Part shown: positions 16,617-25,840 of the stretch, one piece after another
Layout of the letters: each line of letters opens with the position of its first letter
How positions within the stretch are numbered: the first letter of the stretch is position 1
Source of the DNA: an uncultured Alphaproteobacteria bacterium
GTDB lineage: Bacteria > Pseudomonadota > Alphaproteobacteria > JAJUGE01
Reading direction: 5' to 3'
DNA: 64,000 nt
Assembly (NCBI GenBank): GCA_964625225.1
Contig: CAZVAR010000004.1
Span: forward strand, 353-64,352
The notes under the pieces: model-generated
What the model was told of the DNA's origin: nothing
What the model saw: only the letters and a program-made list of their open reading frames with translations
The model's database searches: none
Made by a program: the position numbers and the translations under genes

Positions 16617-18086
16617 ATGTCGAAATCGGATGAATTGATCCGTCTGTCGGCCTGTGAGGCGGTCGCACTTCTCGCCAAGGGGGAGGTGACTCCGCTCGAG
16701 CTGATCGATGCGGCCGCCGAGAGGATCGCTGCCGTGGAGCCGGCAGTCAACGCGCTGCCGACGCTGTGCATCGAGCGGGCGCGGGATCACGCCAAGCGGC
16801 TGATGGCGAGCAAGGATCCGCTCCAAGGAGGGGCACCGGGCTGGCTCGGCGGATTGCCGATCGCGATCAAAGACCTGATCGACGTTGCCGGGGTACGGAC
16901 CACCTACGGCTCCCCGATTTTCGCCGACCATGTCCCCGAGGTCTCGCACCCGCTGGTGCAGCGGTTGGAGCAGCGCGGCGGTATCGTCGTCGCCAAATCC
17001 AACACCCCGGAGTTCGGTGCGGGCGGCAATACATTCAACGAGGTGTTCGGGCGCACGCTCAATCCCTGGAACACCTCTTTGACCTGCGGTGGGTCCTCGG
17101 GCGGGGCGGCGGTGGCGCTGGCGACCGGCGAAGTGTGGCTGGCACATGGCTCGGATCATGGCGGGTCGCTGCGGAAGCCGGCCGCCTTCTGCTCGGTCGT
17201 GGGCCTACGACCCAGCCCGGGCATTGTGCCGCGCGGTACGGTCAACAACCTGTTCAGCCCCAGTTCGGTGCAGGGGCCGATGGCCCGCAACGTGCCGGAT
17301 CTCGCGCTGTTCTTGGACGCGATGGCCGGCCGGCATTCGAGCGACCCGCTGTCGCAGCCGGCGCCCGAACGCAGCTATCTCGACGCGGTCAGGGCTGCAT
17401 TGGGCGGGGAGAGCGGCGCGGCGCCGAAGCGCGTGGCCTGGACGCCGGATCTCGGCGGATTGGTGCCGGTGGCCGCGGAGACGAAGGCGATCTGCGCGGC
17501 GGCCGCCCGCCGCTTCGAGGAGTTGGGGGCGGTGGTCGAGGAGGCCAGTCCGGACTGCGGCCAGATCGGCGAGGCCTTCCAGATCTTGCGGGCGATGATC
17601 TTCGTCGTGGATCGGGCACCGCTGCTGGAGCGGCATCGCGACAAGATCAAGCCGGACATCATCTGGAACACGGAGAAGGGGCTGAAGCTGACGCCGGCCG
17701 AGATCGGCTGGGCGGAGCGCGAACGGGCGGCGTTCTATCGTCGGATCCTCACCTTCTTCGAAAGCTACGACCTGCTGCTCTGCCCCGTCGCCGTAACTCC
17801 GGCCTTCGACGTCAATCTGCGCTTCGTCGAGAGTGTCGACGGCAAGAAGTTCGACAATTATATCGCGCCGTCGCTACCGACCTCGGCGATCACCATGAGC
17901 GCCTGTCCGGCGATCAGCGTGCCGGCCGGTTTCGACCGGTTCGGCCGGCCCGTGGGCCTGCAGATCGTCGGGAAGCCCCGGGGGGAGGCTGGCCTGCTTC
18001 AGGCGGCCGCCCTGTTCGAGCGTCTGACCGGGCTCGATCGACTGCTGCCGATCGACCCGCGGCCGGGAACCGTTCCGGAGGAGTGA
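16617..18086 (+). CDS. Amidase-signature (AS) family amidase, copy 1
   Basis: The 489-aa protein has the AS motif GGSSGGAAVALATGE...GSDHGGSLRKPAAFC. A good SD (GGGGAAAGGGG) lies upstream of the ATG. Confidence 0.85.
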   Translation: MSKSDELIRLSACEAVALLAKGEVTPLELIDAAAERIAAVEPAVNALPTLCIERARDHAKRLMASKDPLQGGAPGWLGGLPIAIKDLIDVAGVRTTYGSPIFADHVPEVSHPLVQRLEQRGGIVVAKSNTPEFGAGGNTFNEVFGRTLNPWNTSLTCGGSSGGAAVALATGEVWLAHGSDHGGSLRKPAAFCSVVGLRPSPGIVPRGTVNNLFSPSSVQGPMARNVPDLALFLDAMAGRHSSDPLSQPAPERSYLDAVRAALGGESGAAPKRVAWTPDLGGLVPVAAETKAICAAAARRFEELGAVVEEASPDCGQIGEAFQILRAMIFVVDRAPLLERHRDKIKPDIIWNTEKGLKLTPAEIGWAERERAAFYRRILTFFESYDLLLCPVAVTPAFDVNLRFVESVDGKKFDNYIAPSLPTSAITMSACPAISVPAGFDRFGRPVGLQIVGKPRGEAGLLQAAALFERLTGLDRLLPIDPRPGTVPEE

Positions 18087-18125
18087 GCCGGCGGGGTACG
18101 AAAAATTGCACAGGGAGGGGCAGGG

Positions 18126-19568
18126 ATGGCGGACAATTCCGAACTGATTCGCCTGACCGCGCGCGCCGCGGTCGATCTGCTGAAGCGAAGAGAAGTGACG
18201 CCGACCGATCTGATCGACGCGGCGGTGGCGCGCATCGAGGCGGTCGACGGGCAGGTGAACGCTCTTCCGATCCGCTGCTACGAGCGGGCGCGCGAGCGCG
18301 CGCTGCGGCTGATGGGCGATAGCTCCGACGAAGTGGAGCGGGCGCATCCCGGCTGGCTGGCCGGGCTGCCGATCGCGATCAAGGATCTCATGGACGTGGC
18401 CGGTGTGCCGACGACCTACGGCTCGCCGGTCTATGCCGACAACGTCGCGAAACGGTCCGACGTGCTGGTGGAGCGATTGGAGCGACGGGGCGGGGTGGTG
18501 CTCGCCAAATCGAGCACGCCGGAATTCGGTTCGCTGCCGGTGACCTGGAACCCGCTGCATGGCCATACGCGTACGCCTTGGGACACGCGCCTGTCGGCCG
18601 GCGGCTCGTCGGGCGGTGCGGCGGCGGCCCTCGCCGCAGGCGAGGTGTGGCTTGCGCACGGTTCGGACATCGGCGGGTCCCTGCGGATTCCGGCAGCGTT
18701 CTGCGGCGTAGTCGGGTTGCGGCCGAGCTTCGGGCGGGTACCGCGAATGCCGTCCGGCCGCGCCTTCAACCCGATGGCGGTGCAGGGGCCGATGGCGCGC
18801 AACGTTGCCGACTGCGCCCTGTTTCTCGATGCGATGGCCGGCTATTGGGCCGGTGACCCGCTGACCCTGCCGGCACCGGAGCGGACTTACCTGGAGGCGG
18901 CGCTGCATCCGCGCCCGCCGAGGCGAGTCGGCTTCAGCCCGGACCTGGGCTGTGCGCGGGTCGATGCCGATGTGCAGGCGATCTGCGCCGCGGCAGCGCA
19001 GCGATTCGCCGAGGCGGGTGCCGTGGTCGAGGAGGCCGGACCGAACCTTTCGGGGTTCGAGCGCGCCTATGCGGTCTTGTTCCAGATGAGCTTGCTGCCC
19101 GATCGCGAGACCCTGGTGCGCGACCATCGCGATCGTACGTTCCCCGGGATCGTAGATGCGGTGGAGAGGGCGAAGCGGCTGACGGGCGACGACATCGCCC
19201 AGGCCGAGCGTGACCGGGCTGCGTTGTTCGCGCAGATGGCCACCTTCTTCGAGACTTACGACGTGCTGGTCACCCCGACGGTGACGACCCCGCCGTTCCC
19301 GGTCGAGCAGCGCGGGCCGGGGCCGCAGGAGCGGGTATCGCTGGAGTACGATTTCGATTGGATCGCGCCGTGCACGGCAACGGTGCTGACCGGCTGCCCG
19401 GCAATTGCGATCCCGGCCGGATTGACGCGCGACGGCCGGCCGGTCGGCCTTCAGATCATCGGCCGCCCCCGCGACGAAGCCGGCATCATCGAGGCGGCGG
19501 CGGTGCTCGAGCCGTTGCTGGGACTCTCCCAGCGCCTGCCCATCGAGCCGCAGATGGGGGCGGCCTGA
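18126..19568 (+). CDS. Amidase-signature family amidase, copy 2 (tandem paralog)
   Basis: The 480-aa protein carries GGSSGGAAAALAAGE...GSDIGGSLRIPAAFC. It is colinear with copy 1 from the N-terminus (SELIRLTARAAVDLLKRREVTP versus SELIRLSACEAVALLAKGEVTP). Confidence 0.85.
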   Translation: MADNSELIRLTARAAVDLLKRREVTPTDLIDAAVARIEAVDGQVNALPIRCYERARERALRLMGDSSDEVERAHPGWLAGLPIAIKDLMDVAGVPTTYGSPVYADNVAKRSDVLVERLERRGGVVLAKSSTPEFGSLPVTWNPLHGHTRTPWDTRLSAGGSSGGAAAALAAGEVWLAHGSDIGGSLRIPAAFCGVVGLRPSFGRVPRMPSGRAFNPMAVQGPMARNVADCALFLDAMAGYWAGDPLTLPAPERTYLEAALHPRPPRRVGFSPDLGCARVDADVQAICAAAAQRFAEAGAVVEEAGPNLSGFERAYAVLFQMSLLPDRETLVRDHRDRTFPGIVDAVERAKRLTGDDIAQAERDRAALFAQMATFFETYDVLVTPTVTTPPFPVEQRGPGPQERVSLEYDFDWIAPCTATVLTGCPAIAIPAGLTRDGRPVGLQIIGRPRDEAGIIEAAAVLEPLLGLSQRLPIEPQMGAA

Positions 19569-19610
19569 GAATCGGGGTGTGTTCCGTCTCCAGGCTCGGG
19601 CCGCGGAGTG

Positions 19611-19961
19611 CTACACTCGCGGACCCGAGGCGGTGTCGGGCAACATCTCCCAACTATCGCCGACCAAGGTCAGGCAGCTCACGCCGGTCGGCAACGTGAC
19701 CAGGATGGTCCAGGTCCCCGTTTCGCGCGAGGCGAACACCTCCAGAAGCGTGCCATTGCCCTGCAGGCCTTGTGCGACCGGTCTCTCGTGGAAGTTCTGG
19801 GTCAATTCGCCGACCACCGCAGCCCGATCGTCGCACAGGAACTCCTCGGTCGCCATGCCCGGCCCGGTCTCCGCGGCAGCGGGCGTGTCGGCCGCCGGCA
19901 AGGCGGCGTAGGCGGCGAGCGCGGCAACAAAGCCGACGAGGCCAGCATAGATTGGCTTCAT
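19611..19961 (-). CDS. Small secreted hypothetical protein (116 aa)
   Basis: The internal ATG of ORF 19611..20213 gives MKPIYAGLVGFVAALAAYAALPAA, which is signal-peptide-like. This is followed by a compact domain (…TGTWTILVTLPTGVSCLTLVGDSWE…). The upstream extension looks like non-coding read-through. Confidence 0.5.
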   Translation of the reverse strand: MKPIYAGLVGFVAALAAYAALPAADTPAAAETGPGMATEEFLCDDRAAVVGELTQNFHERPVAQGLQGNGTLLEVFASRETGTWTILVTLPTGVSCLTLVGDSWEMLPDTASGPRV

Positions 19962-20211
19962 GCGGTGTCTCCATCTACCGAGGGAAGAGGGCCGGGCCGC
20001 CCCCCGTTCGGCCGGCAAAACCTCACCCGGTGTCGTTATCAACGATTCCCACAGGCTTTCGATCCAAAGGAGCGGTCCGCCTCCCCAAATTTCCTTGACA
20101 GTGGCGGACGGAACGCGCCGCGGCGCCCGAGCCGGGCGCAACTTGCTGCGGGACGGACCGTTCGTTAGAGTGCGCCGCCCTGGCGAGACACCCTGACGAG
20201 CGAGACCGGAC

Positions 20212-20658
20212 ATGGCGGACGCGGCGACTGCAGCGGAGCGGCGCGGTTATTTCCTCGAGGACCTCTCTGTCGGGATGGCAGCGAGCTTCGCGAAGACCGT
20301 GACCGATGCCGACATCGTGCTCTATGCGGGTATCTCGGGGGATACGAACCCCGTCCATATCGACGACGAGTATGCCGCCGGCACCCCGTTCAAGGGGCGC
20401 ATCGCCCACGGCATGTTGACGGCTGCCTTCATCTCAGCGGTGCTCGGCGCGATCTTGCCGGGGCCGGGCGCGATCTATCTCAGTCAGACGTTGCGCTTCA
20501 AGGCGCCGGTCCGGCCGGGCGATACGGTTCGCGCAACGGTGCGGGTCACGGCCATCGACCCGCCGCGTCGGCGGGTGACGCTGGATACGGTGTGTGCCGT
20601 CGGCGGCAAGGTCGTCGTCGAGGGCGAGGCGCTCGTCATGGTGCCGTCGCGCGCCTGA
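20212..20658 (+). CDS. MaoC-like (R)-specific enoyl-CoA hydratase / hot-dog fold dehydratase
   Basis: The 148-aa protein contains ...YAGISGDTNPVHIDDEYAAGTPFKGRIAHGML..., the hallmark MaoC dehydratase motif. Confidence 0.85.
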   Translation: MADAATAAERRGYFLEDLSVGMAASFAKTVTDADIVLYAGISGDTNPVHIDDEYAAGTPFKGRIAHGMLTAAFISAVLGAILPGPGAIYLSQTLRFKAPVRPGDTVRATVRVTAIDPPRRRVTLDTVCAVGGKVVVEGEALVMVPSRA

Positions 20659-20692
20659 GCGCGGCGGTCGGCCGGGAGTCAGGACCGCGCCC

Positions 20693-21649
20693 ATGCGGAT
20701 CTTCCGTCATTACACCGGCCTGCCCGAGGATGCCCGGGGCGCGGTCGTTGCACTGGGGAACTTCGACGGTGTCCATCGCGGACATCAGGCGGTGATCGCC
20801 GAGGCCGGCCGGATCGCGCGCGAACGGGGCGCGCCGCACGGCGTCGTTACTTTCGAGCCGCATCCACGCACGGTTTTCCGGCCAGACGATCCGCCCTTTC
20901 GCCTCTCCTCCTTTCGCAGCAAGAGCCGGTGGATCGAGCCGCTCGGGGTCGATCTTCTGTTCATGCTGCATTTCGACCTCGCCTTCGCCAGCCAGACGGC
21001 GGAGGACTTCGCGCAGCAGGTACTGGGAGCCGCGCTGGGGGTGCGGCACGTGGTCGTCGGCGAAGACTTCCGGTTCGGGCATCACCGCATCGGCTCTGCC
21101 GAGACCCTGTCGGCACTCGGCCGGGCCGCTGGCTTCGGCGTCACCGCGGTTCCGCCGGTCCGGGCCGAGGGTGTCGAGATCTCCTCCACCCGCATCCGTG
21201 ACCATTTGCGCGCCGGCCGTCCGGAAGCCGCCGCCGCGCTGCTCGGCCGCTGGTGGGAGATCGAAGGCCGGGTCGAGCGGGGTGATCAGCGCGGCCGGAC
21301 AATCGGCTTTCCGACCGCCAATGTCCGGCTCGGAGACTTTCTGGCGCCCGCGACCGGCGTCTATGCGGTGCGCGCGGGCATCGACGAGGGCGAGGCGACC
21401 GAATGGTTCGGAGGTGTCGCGAATTTCGGCCGCCGGCCGACGGTGGACGGCCGCAAGCTGTTGCTCGAAGTCCATCTGTTCGATTTCGCGGGCGACCTCT
21501 ACGGCCGGCATCTCCGGGTGCAGTTCCTGTCCTTCCTGCGGCCGGAACGCAAGTATGAGAGCTTCGAGGCCCTCAAGGCGCAGATCGTCCGCGATGCCGA
21601 AGCGGCGCGGCACCTTCTCGCGTCGGCCCCGTCGGCCCCGCCGACCTGA
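20693..21649 (+). CDS. ribF: Bifunctional riboflavin kinase / FMN adenylyltransferase
   Basis: The ATG at 20693 inside ORF 20594..21649 gives MRIFRHYTGLP...ALGNFDGVHRGHQAVI... and a C-terminal kinase part ...GFPTANV...LEVHLFDF.GDLYG..L.V.F..FLRPE.KY.S..AL..QI. It sits upstream of ileS, as is common. Confidence 0.9.
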   Translation: MRIFRHYTGLPEDARGAVVALGNFDGVHRGHQAVIAEAGRIARERGAPHGVVTFEPHPRTVFRPDDPPFRLSSFRSKSRWIEPLGVDLLFMLHFDLAFASQTAEDFAQQVLGAALGVRHVVVGEDFRFGHHRIGSAETLSALGRAAGFGVTAVPPVRAEGVEISSTRIRDHLRAGRPEAAAALLGRWWEIEGRVERGDQRGRTIGFPTANVRLGDFLAPATGVYAVRAGIDEGEATEWFGGVANFGRRPTVDGRKLLLEVHLFDFAGDLYGRHLRVQFLSFLRPERKYESFEALKAQIVRDAEAARHLLASAPSAPPT

Positions 21650-21854
21650 CCGGCGCACCGGCACGAGCGGCCTGCTCCATCTCTTTTCTTTGCTTGTCGG
21701 AACCTCGCGGCTTGCCCGACGATCCCGACCATTCTCTTTGCGGCAAAGGATTTCGCACGACGCTGCGGGGCGAAGTCGTGCCCCCGCCGGCCCCCTTTTC
21801 TTGACGCTGCACGGTCCCGCGCCTAGGTTGCCCCGCCTGGGCCAAGAGCGAACC

Positions 21855-24707
21855 ATGACCGAAGACTATCGATCGACCGTGTTCCTGCCGCGGACCGAAT
21901 TTCCGATGCGCGGGAACCTGCCTCGGCGCGAGCCGGATCTGCTGCGGCGCTGGGAGGAGATGGACCTCTATCGCCGCCAGCGCGAAGCGTCGGCCGGGCG
22001 CGAGAAGTTCATCCTGCACGACGGCCCTCCTTACGCCAACGGCCATATCCACATGGGCACCGGCCTCAACAAGGTGCTCAAGGACGTGATCAACCGTGCC
22101 CAGCAGATGCTGGGCAAGGACGCCAACTACGTTCCCGGCTGGGATTGCCACGGGCTTCCGATCGAGTGGAAGGTCGAGGAGAGCTACCGTGCCGCGGGCA
22201 AGAACAAGGACGAGGTTCCGATCGTCGAGTTCCGGCGCGAATGCCGCGAGTTCGCCGAGAAATGGATCGCCATCCAGCGCGAGGAATTCCAGCGCCTGGG
22301 CGTGATCGGCGATTGGCAGAATCCCTACACGACCATGGCCTTCGCCGCCGAGGCGCAGATCGCGCGCGAGATCGCGAAGTTCGCCATGAACGGGGGTCTC
22401 TATCGGGGCTCCCGACCGGTGCTGTGGTCGGTGCCGGAGCGAACAGCCCTGGCGGACGCCGAGGTCGAATATCACGACCACGTCTCGCCGACCATCCACG
22501 TCGCCTTCCCGATCCTGCGTCCGGCTCCGGCCAGCGGCCTGCACGAGGGGGCTGCCATCGTCATCTGGACGACGACACCCTGGACCATCCCGGGCAACCG
22601 GGCGATCGCGGTCGCGGCCGAAGCCGAATACCTGCAGATCCGCGTGACCGGCGTGGGCGAGGGGGCTCGGGTGGCGCCGGGGCGCGAGATCGTGGTCGCG
22701 GCGCCGCTGCTCGAGAGCGTGTGCCGCGAATGCCGGATCGCCGGGCACGAGGTGGTCGGCCGCACGAAGGGGGTCGCGCTGGTCGGGACGGTCTGTGCCC
22801 ACCCGCTGCGCGGCCAGGGCTACGACTTCGACGTGCCGGTTCTCGCGGCGGACTTCGTGACCATGGACCAGGGCTCGGGCTTCGTGCACATCGCGCCGGG
22901 CCACGGTGCGGACGATTTCGAGCTCGGCTCGGCTAACGGAATCGAAGTTCCGAACACGGTCGGTGAGGACGGCGGCTTCTATCCGCATGTGCCGCTCTTT
23001 GCAGGACGGCGCGTGTTGACCGACGACGGGAAGGAAGGGGACGCGAACGGCGCCGTCATGGGGGCGCTGGAGGAGGCCGGGGCACTGCTGTCGCGGGGCC
23101 GGTTGCGCCACAGCTACCCGCATTCCTGGCGGTCGAAAGCGCCGCTGATCTTCCGCAACACGGCGCAGTGGTTCATCTCGATGGAGACGAACGACCTCCG
23201 CGCCAAAGCGCTCGCGGCGATCGAGGCGACCCGGTTCGTGCCCGCCAGCGGACGCAACCGGCTCTACAGCATGGTCGAGAGCCGGCCGGACTGGTGCATT
23301 TCCCGCCAACGCGCCTGGGGCGTGCCGATCCCGGTCTTCGTGCATCGGCCGACCGGCGAGATCCTGCGCGATCCCGCGGTGTTCGAGCGCATCGCACAGG
23401 CCTTCGAGCGGGAAGGGGGCGACGCCTGGTTCACCTCCGATCCCGCGCGCTTCCTGGGTGCCGATTACGACCCCGCGGAGTACGAGCAGGTTCGGGACAT
23501 CGTCGAGGTCTGGTTCGAGTCCGGCTCGACCCATGCCTTCGTATTGGAGCAGCGACCGGATCTGCAATGGCCGGCTTCGCTCTATCTCGAAGGCTCGGAC
23601 CAGCATCGCGGCTGGTTCCATTCCTCACTGCTGGAGTCGTGCGGCACGCGCGGCCGGGCGCCCTACGATGCGGTCCTCACTCACGGTTTCGTGCTCGACG
23701 AGCAGGGCCGTAAGATGTCGAAGTCGCTCGGCAACGTGACCGCCCCGCAGCAGGTCGTCGGGCAGTACGGTGCCGACATCCTGCGCATCTGGGTCGTGAG
23801 CTCGGATTATTCCGAGGACATCCGGATCGGGCCGGAGATCCTGAAGCACCAAGCCGATCTGTACCGCCGCGTCCGCAATACGTTCCGCTACCTGCTCGGC
23901 AGTCTGGACGGTTTCTCGGAGCGCGAGCTTGTCCCTTGCGAGACGATGCCGGAGCTCGAACGATTCGTGCTGCACCGGCTGTGGGAACTCGACCGGCTGA
24001 TCCGACGCTGCGTCGACGATTTCGAATTCCATACCATGTGGACGGCGCTGCACAATTTCTGTGCGGTCGACCTGTCGGCCTTCTATTTCGATATCCGCAA
24101 GGATTCGCTTTATTGCGACCGGCCGGACGCGCTGCGGCGGCGCGCCTGCAGGACGGTCCTGGATCAGCTGTTCCGGTGCCTGACCGCTTGGCTGGCGCCG
24201 ATCATTTGCTTTACCGCGGAGGAGGCGTGGCTGGCCCGGACTGGGTCCGGGCCGGGCAACAGCGTGCATCTGCAGACCTTCCCGCGCATTCCGGACGCAT
24301 GGCGGGACGACGCGCTTGCCGCGCAGTGGCACACGGTACGGGCCTTGCGCCGCGTCGTGACCGGCGCGCTCGAGCTGGAGCGGGCCGAAAAGCGGATCGG
24401 CTCCAGCCTCGACGCGGCCCCGATCGTCTACATCGGCGCCGAATACAGGGCGGCGCTGCAGGGGCTCGACCTCGCCGAGATCGCGATCACGTCGGGTGCG
24501 ACGTTGAGCGATGCTGCGGCCCCCGAAGGCGCGTTTACGCTGCCCGACGTACCGGGGGTCGCGGTCGTGTCGCGCCCGGCGGAGGCGGCGCGATGCGAGC
24601 GGTGCTGGCAGCGCCTGCCGGACGTCGGCAGCGATCCGGTGCACCCGACGCTGTGCGGTCGCTGCGCCGATGCGGTAACCCACCTGCGCGCTGCCGCGGC
24701 CGAGTAG
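21855..24707 (+). CDS. ileS: Isoleucine--tRNA ligase
   Basis: The ATG at 21855 gives MTEDYRSTVFLPRTEFPMRGNLPRREPDLLRRWEE... It has a HIGH motif (PYANGHIHMGT) and KMSKS (RKMSKSLGN), and is about 950 aa. The first ~228 codons of the track ORF (from 21171) overlap ribF out of frame and are Arg-rich read-through. Confidence 0.95.
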   Translation: MTEDYRSTVFLPRTEFPMRGNLPRREPDLLRRWEEMDLYRRQREASAGREKFILHDGPPYANGHIHMGTGLNKVLKDVINRAQQMLGKDANYVPGWDCHGLPIEWKVEESYRAAGKNKDEVPIVEFRRECREFAEKWIAIQREEFQRLGVIGDWQNPYTTMAFAAEAQIAREIAKFAMNGGLYRGSRPVLWSVPERTALADAEVEYHDHVSPTIHVAFPILRPAPASGLHEGAAIVIWTTTPWTIPGNRAIAVAAEAEYLQIRVTGVGEGARVAPGREIVVAAPLLESVCRECRIAGHEVVGRTKGVALVGTVCAHPLRGQGYDFDVPVLAADFVTMDQGSGFVHIAPGHGADDFELGSANGIEVPNTVGEDGGFYPHVPLFAGRRVLTDDGKEGDANGAVMGALEEAGALLSRGRLRHSYPHSWRSKAPLIFRNTAQWFISMETNDLRAKALAAIEATRFVPASGRNRLYSMVESRPDWCISRQRAWGVPIPVFVHRPTGEILRDPAVFERIAQAFEREGGDAWFTSDPARFLGADYDPAEYEQVRDIVEVWFESGSTHAFVLEQRPDLQWPASLYLEGSDQHRGWFHSSLLESCGTRGRAPYDAVLTHGFVLDEQGRKMSKSLGNVTAPQQVVGQYGADILRIWVVSSDYSEDIRIGPEILKHQADLYRRVRNTFRYLLGSLDGFSERELVPCETMPELERFVLHRLWELDRLIRRCVDDFEFHTMWTALHNFCAVDLSAFYFDIRKDSLYCDRPDALRRRACRTVLDQLFRCLTAWLAPIICFTAEEAWLARTGSGPGNSVHLQTFPRIPDAWRDDALAAQWHTVRALRRVVTGALELERAEKRIGSSLDAAPIVYIGAEYRAALQGLDLAEIAITSGATLSDAAAPEGAFTLPDVPGVAVVSRPAEAARCERCWQRLPDVGSDPVHPTLCGRCADAVTHLRAAAAE

Positions 24708-24717
24708 GCTGTGGCCG

Positions 24718-25182
24718 ATGCGGTTGGGGCTCGCGGTCGCCACCCTGGTGGTGGTGCTCGACCAGGTCAGCAAGTGGGTGATCCTCGTCTGGGTCATGGA
24801 CCCGCCGCGATCGATTCCGGTCCTCCCGGTCTTCAACCTCGTCCTGGTGTGGAATCGCGGCGTCAGTTTCGGGGTGTTCGGCGGCGGCCTCGTGCCGCCC
24901 TGGGTGCTGGTCGTGCTTGCGGCAGCGATCGTGGTGTTGCTGCTGATTTGGCTGCACCGGGCGGAGACCCGGCTGACGGCGCTGGCGATCGGGATGGTGA
25001 TCGGCGGGGCGGTCGGCAACGTCATCGACCGGCTTACCCATGGCGCGGTCGTCGATTTCCTGGACTTCCACCTGGCCGGCTATCATTGGCCTGCCTTCAA
25101 TTTGGCGGATTCGGCCATCACGATCGGAGTCGGCCTGTTACTCGCGGAATCCTTGTTTCCGGGTCGGCAGGCCGTTAAGTAG
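24718..25182 (+). CDS. lspA: Lipoprotein signal peptidase (signal peptidase II)
   Basis: The 154-aa membrane protein contains ...VLDQVSKW..., NRGVSFG, and ...GGAVGNVIDR...GAVVDFLDFH...WPAFNLADSAI. It is in the canonical position after ileS. Confidence 0.9.
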   Translation: MRLGLAVATLVVVLDQVSKWVILVWVMDPPRSIPVLPVFNLVLVWNRGVSFGVFGGGLVPPWVLVVLAAAIVVLLLIWLHRAETRLTALAIGMVIGGAVGNVIDRLTHGAVVDFLDFHLAGYHWPAFNLADSAITIGVGLLLAESLFPGRQAVK

Positions 25183-25217
25183 GCGCAAAAACTTCGAAGG
25201 GGCCGCAGGGAGTGTCA

Positions 25218-25790
25218 ATGTTCCGTCCGAGTCCGAGCGCCGCGTTGCTGGGTGCTTCGCTGCTGGTCCTGACCGGCTGCGGAAGCTCCGTCAAGGAGAC
25301 GTTGGGAATCGAACGTCGCCCGCCCGACGAGTTCACGGTGGTCACGCGGGCGCCGCTCAGTCTGCCACCCGACTATACGCTGCGTCCGCCGCAGCCGGGA
25401 GAGCGCCGGCCGCAGGACCCGATGATCCGCGAACAGGCCCGGGAGGTGCTGTTGACGCAGGCCGGAAGCGGCGGGACGGCCGGAGGCGGGATGGAGGGCC
25501 TAACGGCCGGCGAGGTTGCGCTGTTGGCCCATGCACGCACGGACACCGCCGATCCGGAAATCCGTCGTCTCGTGGATCGAGAGAGCCAGCTCGAGGCGCG
25601 CGACGACCGGAACTTCGTCGAGCGGCTGATGTTCTGGATCGATTATCCGACCCCGGGCACCGTGGTCGACGCGGCCAAGGAAGCACAGCGGCTGCAGGAA
25701 AATGCGGCGGCCGGGCGGCCGGTGACGGCGGGTGAGACGCCGATCATCGAGCGCAAGCGGCCGCGCCGGGACGCCAACAGCGTCTTCTAG
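25218..25790 (+). CDS. DUF3035-family lipoprotein
   Basis: The ATG at 25218 gives MFRPSPSAALLGASLLVLTGC, which contains a lipobox (LTGC). It is followed by PDEFTVVTRAPLSLPPDYTLRPPQPG, which I recall as the DUF3035 core. This family commonly follows lspA in alphaproteobacteria. Confidence 0.7.
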   Translation: MFRPSPSAALLGASLLVLTGCGSSVKETLGIERRPPDEFTVVTRAPLSLPPDYTLRPPQPGERRPQDPMIREQAREVLLTQAGSGGTAGGGMEGLTAGEVALLAHARTDTADPEIRRLVDRESQLEARDDRNFVERLMFWIDYPTPGTVVDAAKEAQRLQENAAAGRPVTAGETPIIERKRPRRDANSVF

Positions 25791-25840
25791 ACCGTCCGGC
25801 GCGGCGGCTTCGGCCGGCTTTCGGGAGAGACGGAATTCGG

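Noticed and set aside
21171-21854. An N-terminal ~228-codon extension of the ileS ORF in the track (start 21171).
   Set aside because: The extension overlaps the 3' half of ribF in another frame and is Arg/Ser/Pro-rich. The conserved IleRS N-terminus (MTEDYRSTVFLPRTEFPMRGNLP) begins at the ATG at 21855, after a normal intergenic gap. The same reasoning trimmed aapQ, aapJ, ribF, rsmD, the rluB-like gene, the C26 hydrolase, tadA, pdxJ, acpS, rnc, recO, NYN, the P450 and the DUF2062 gene.
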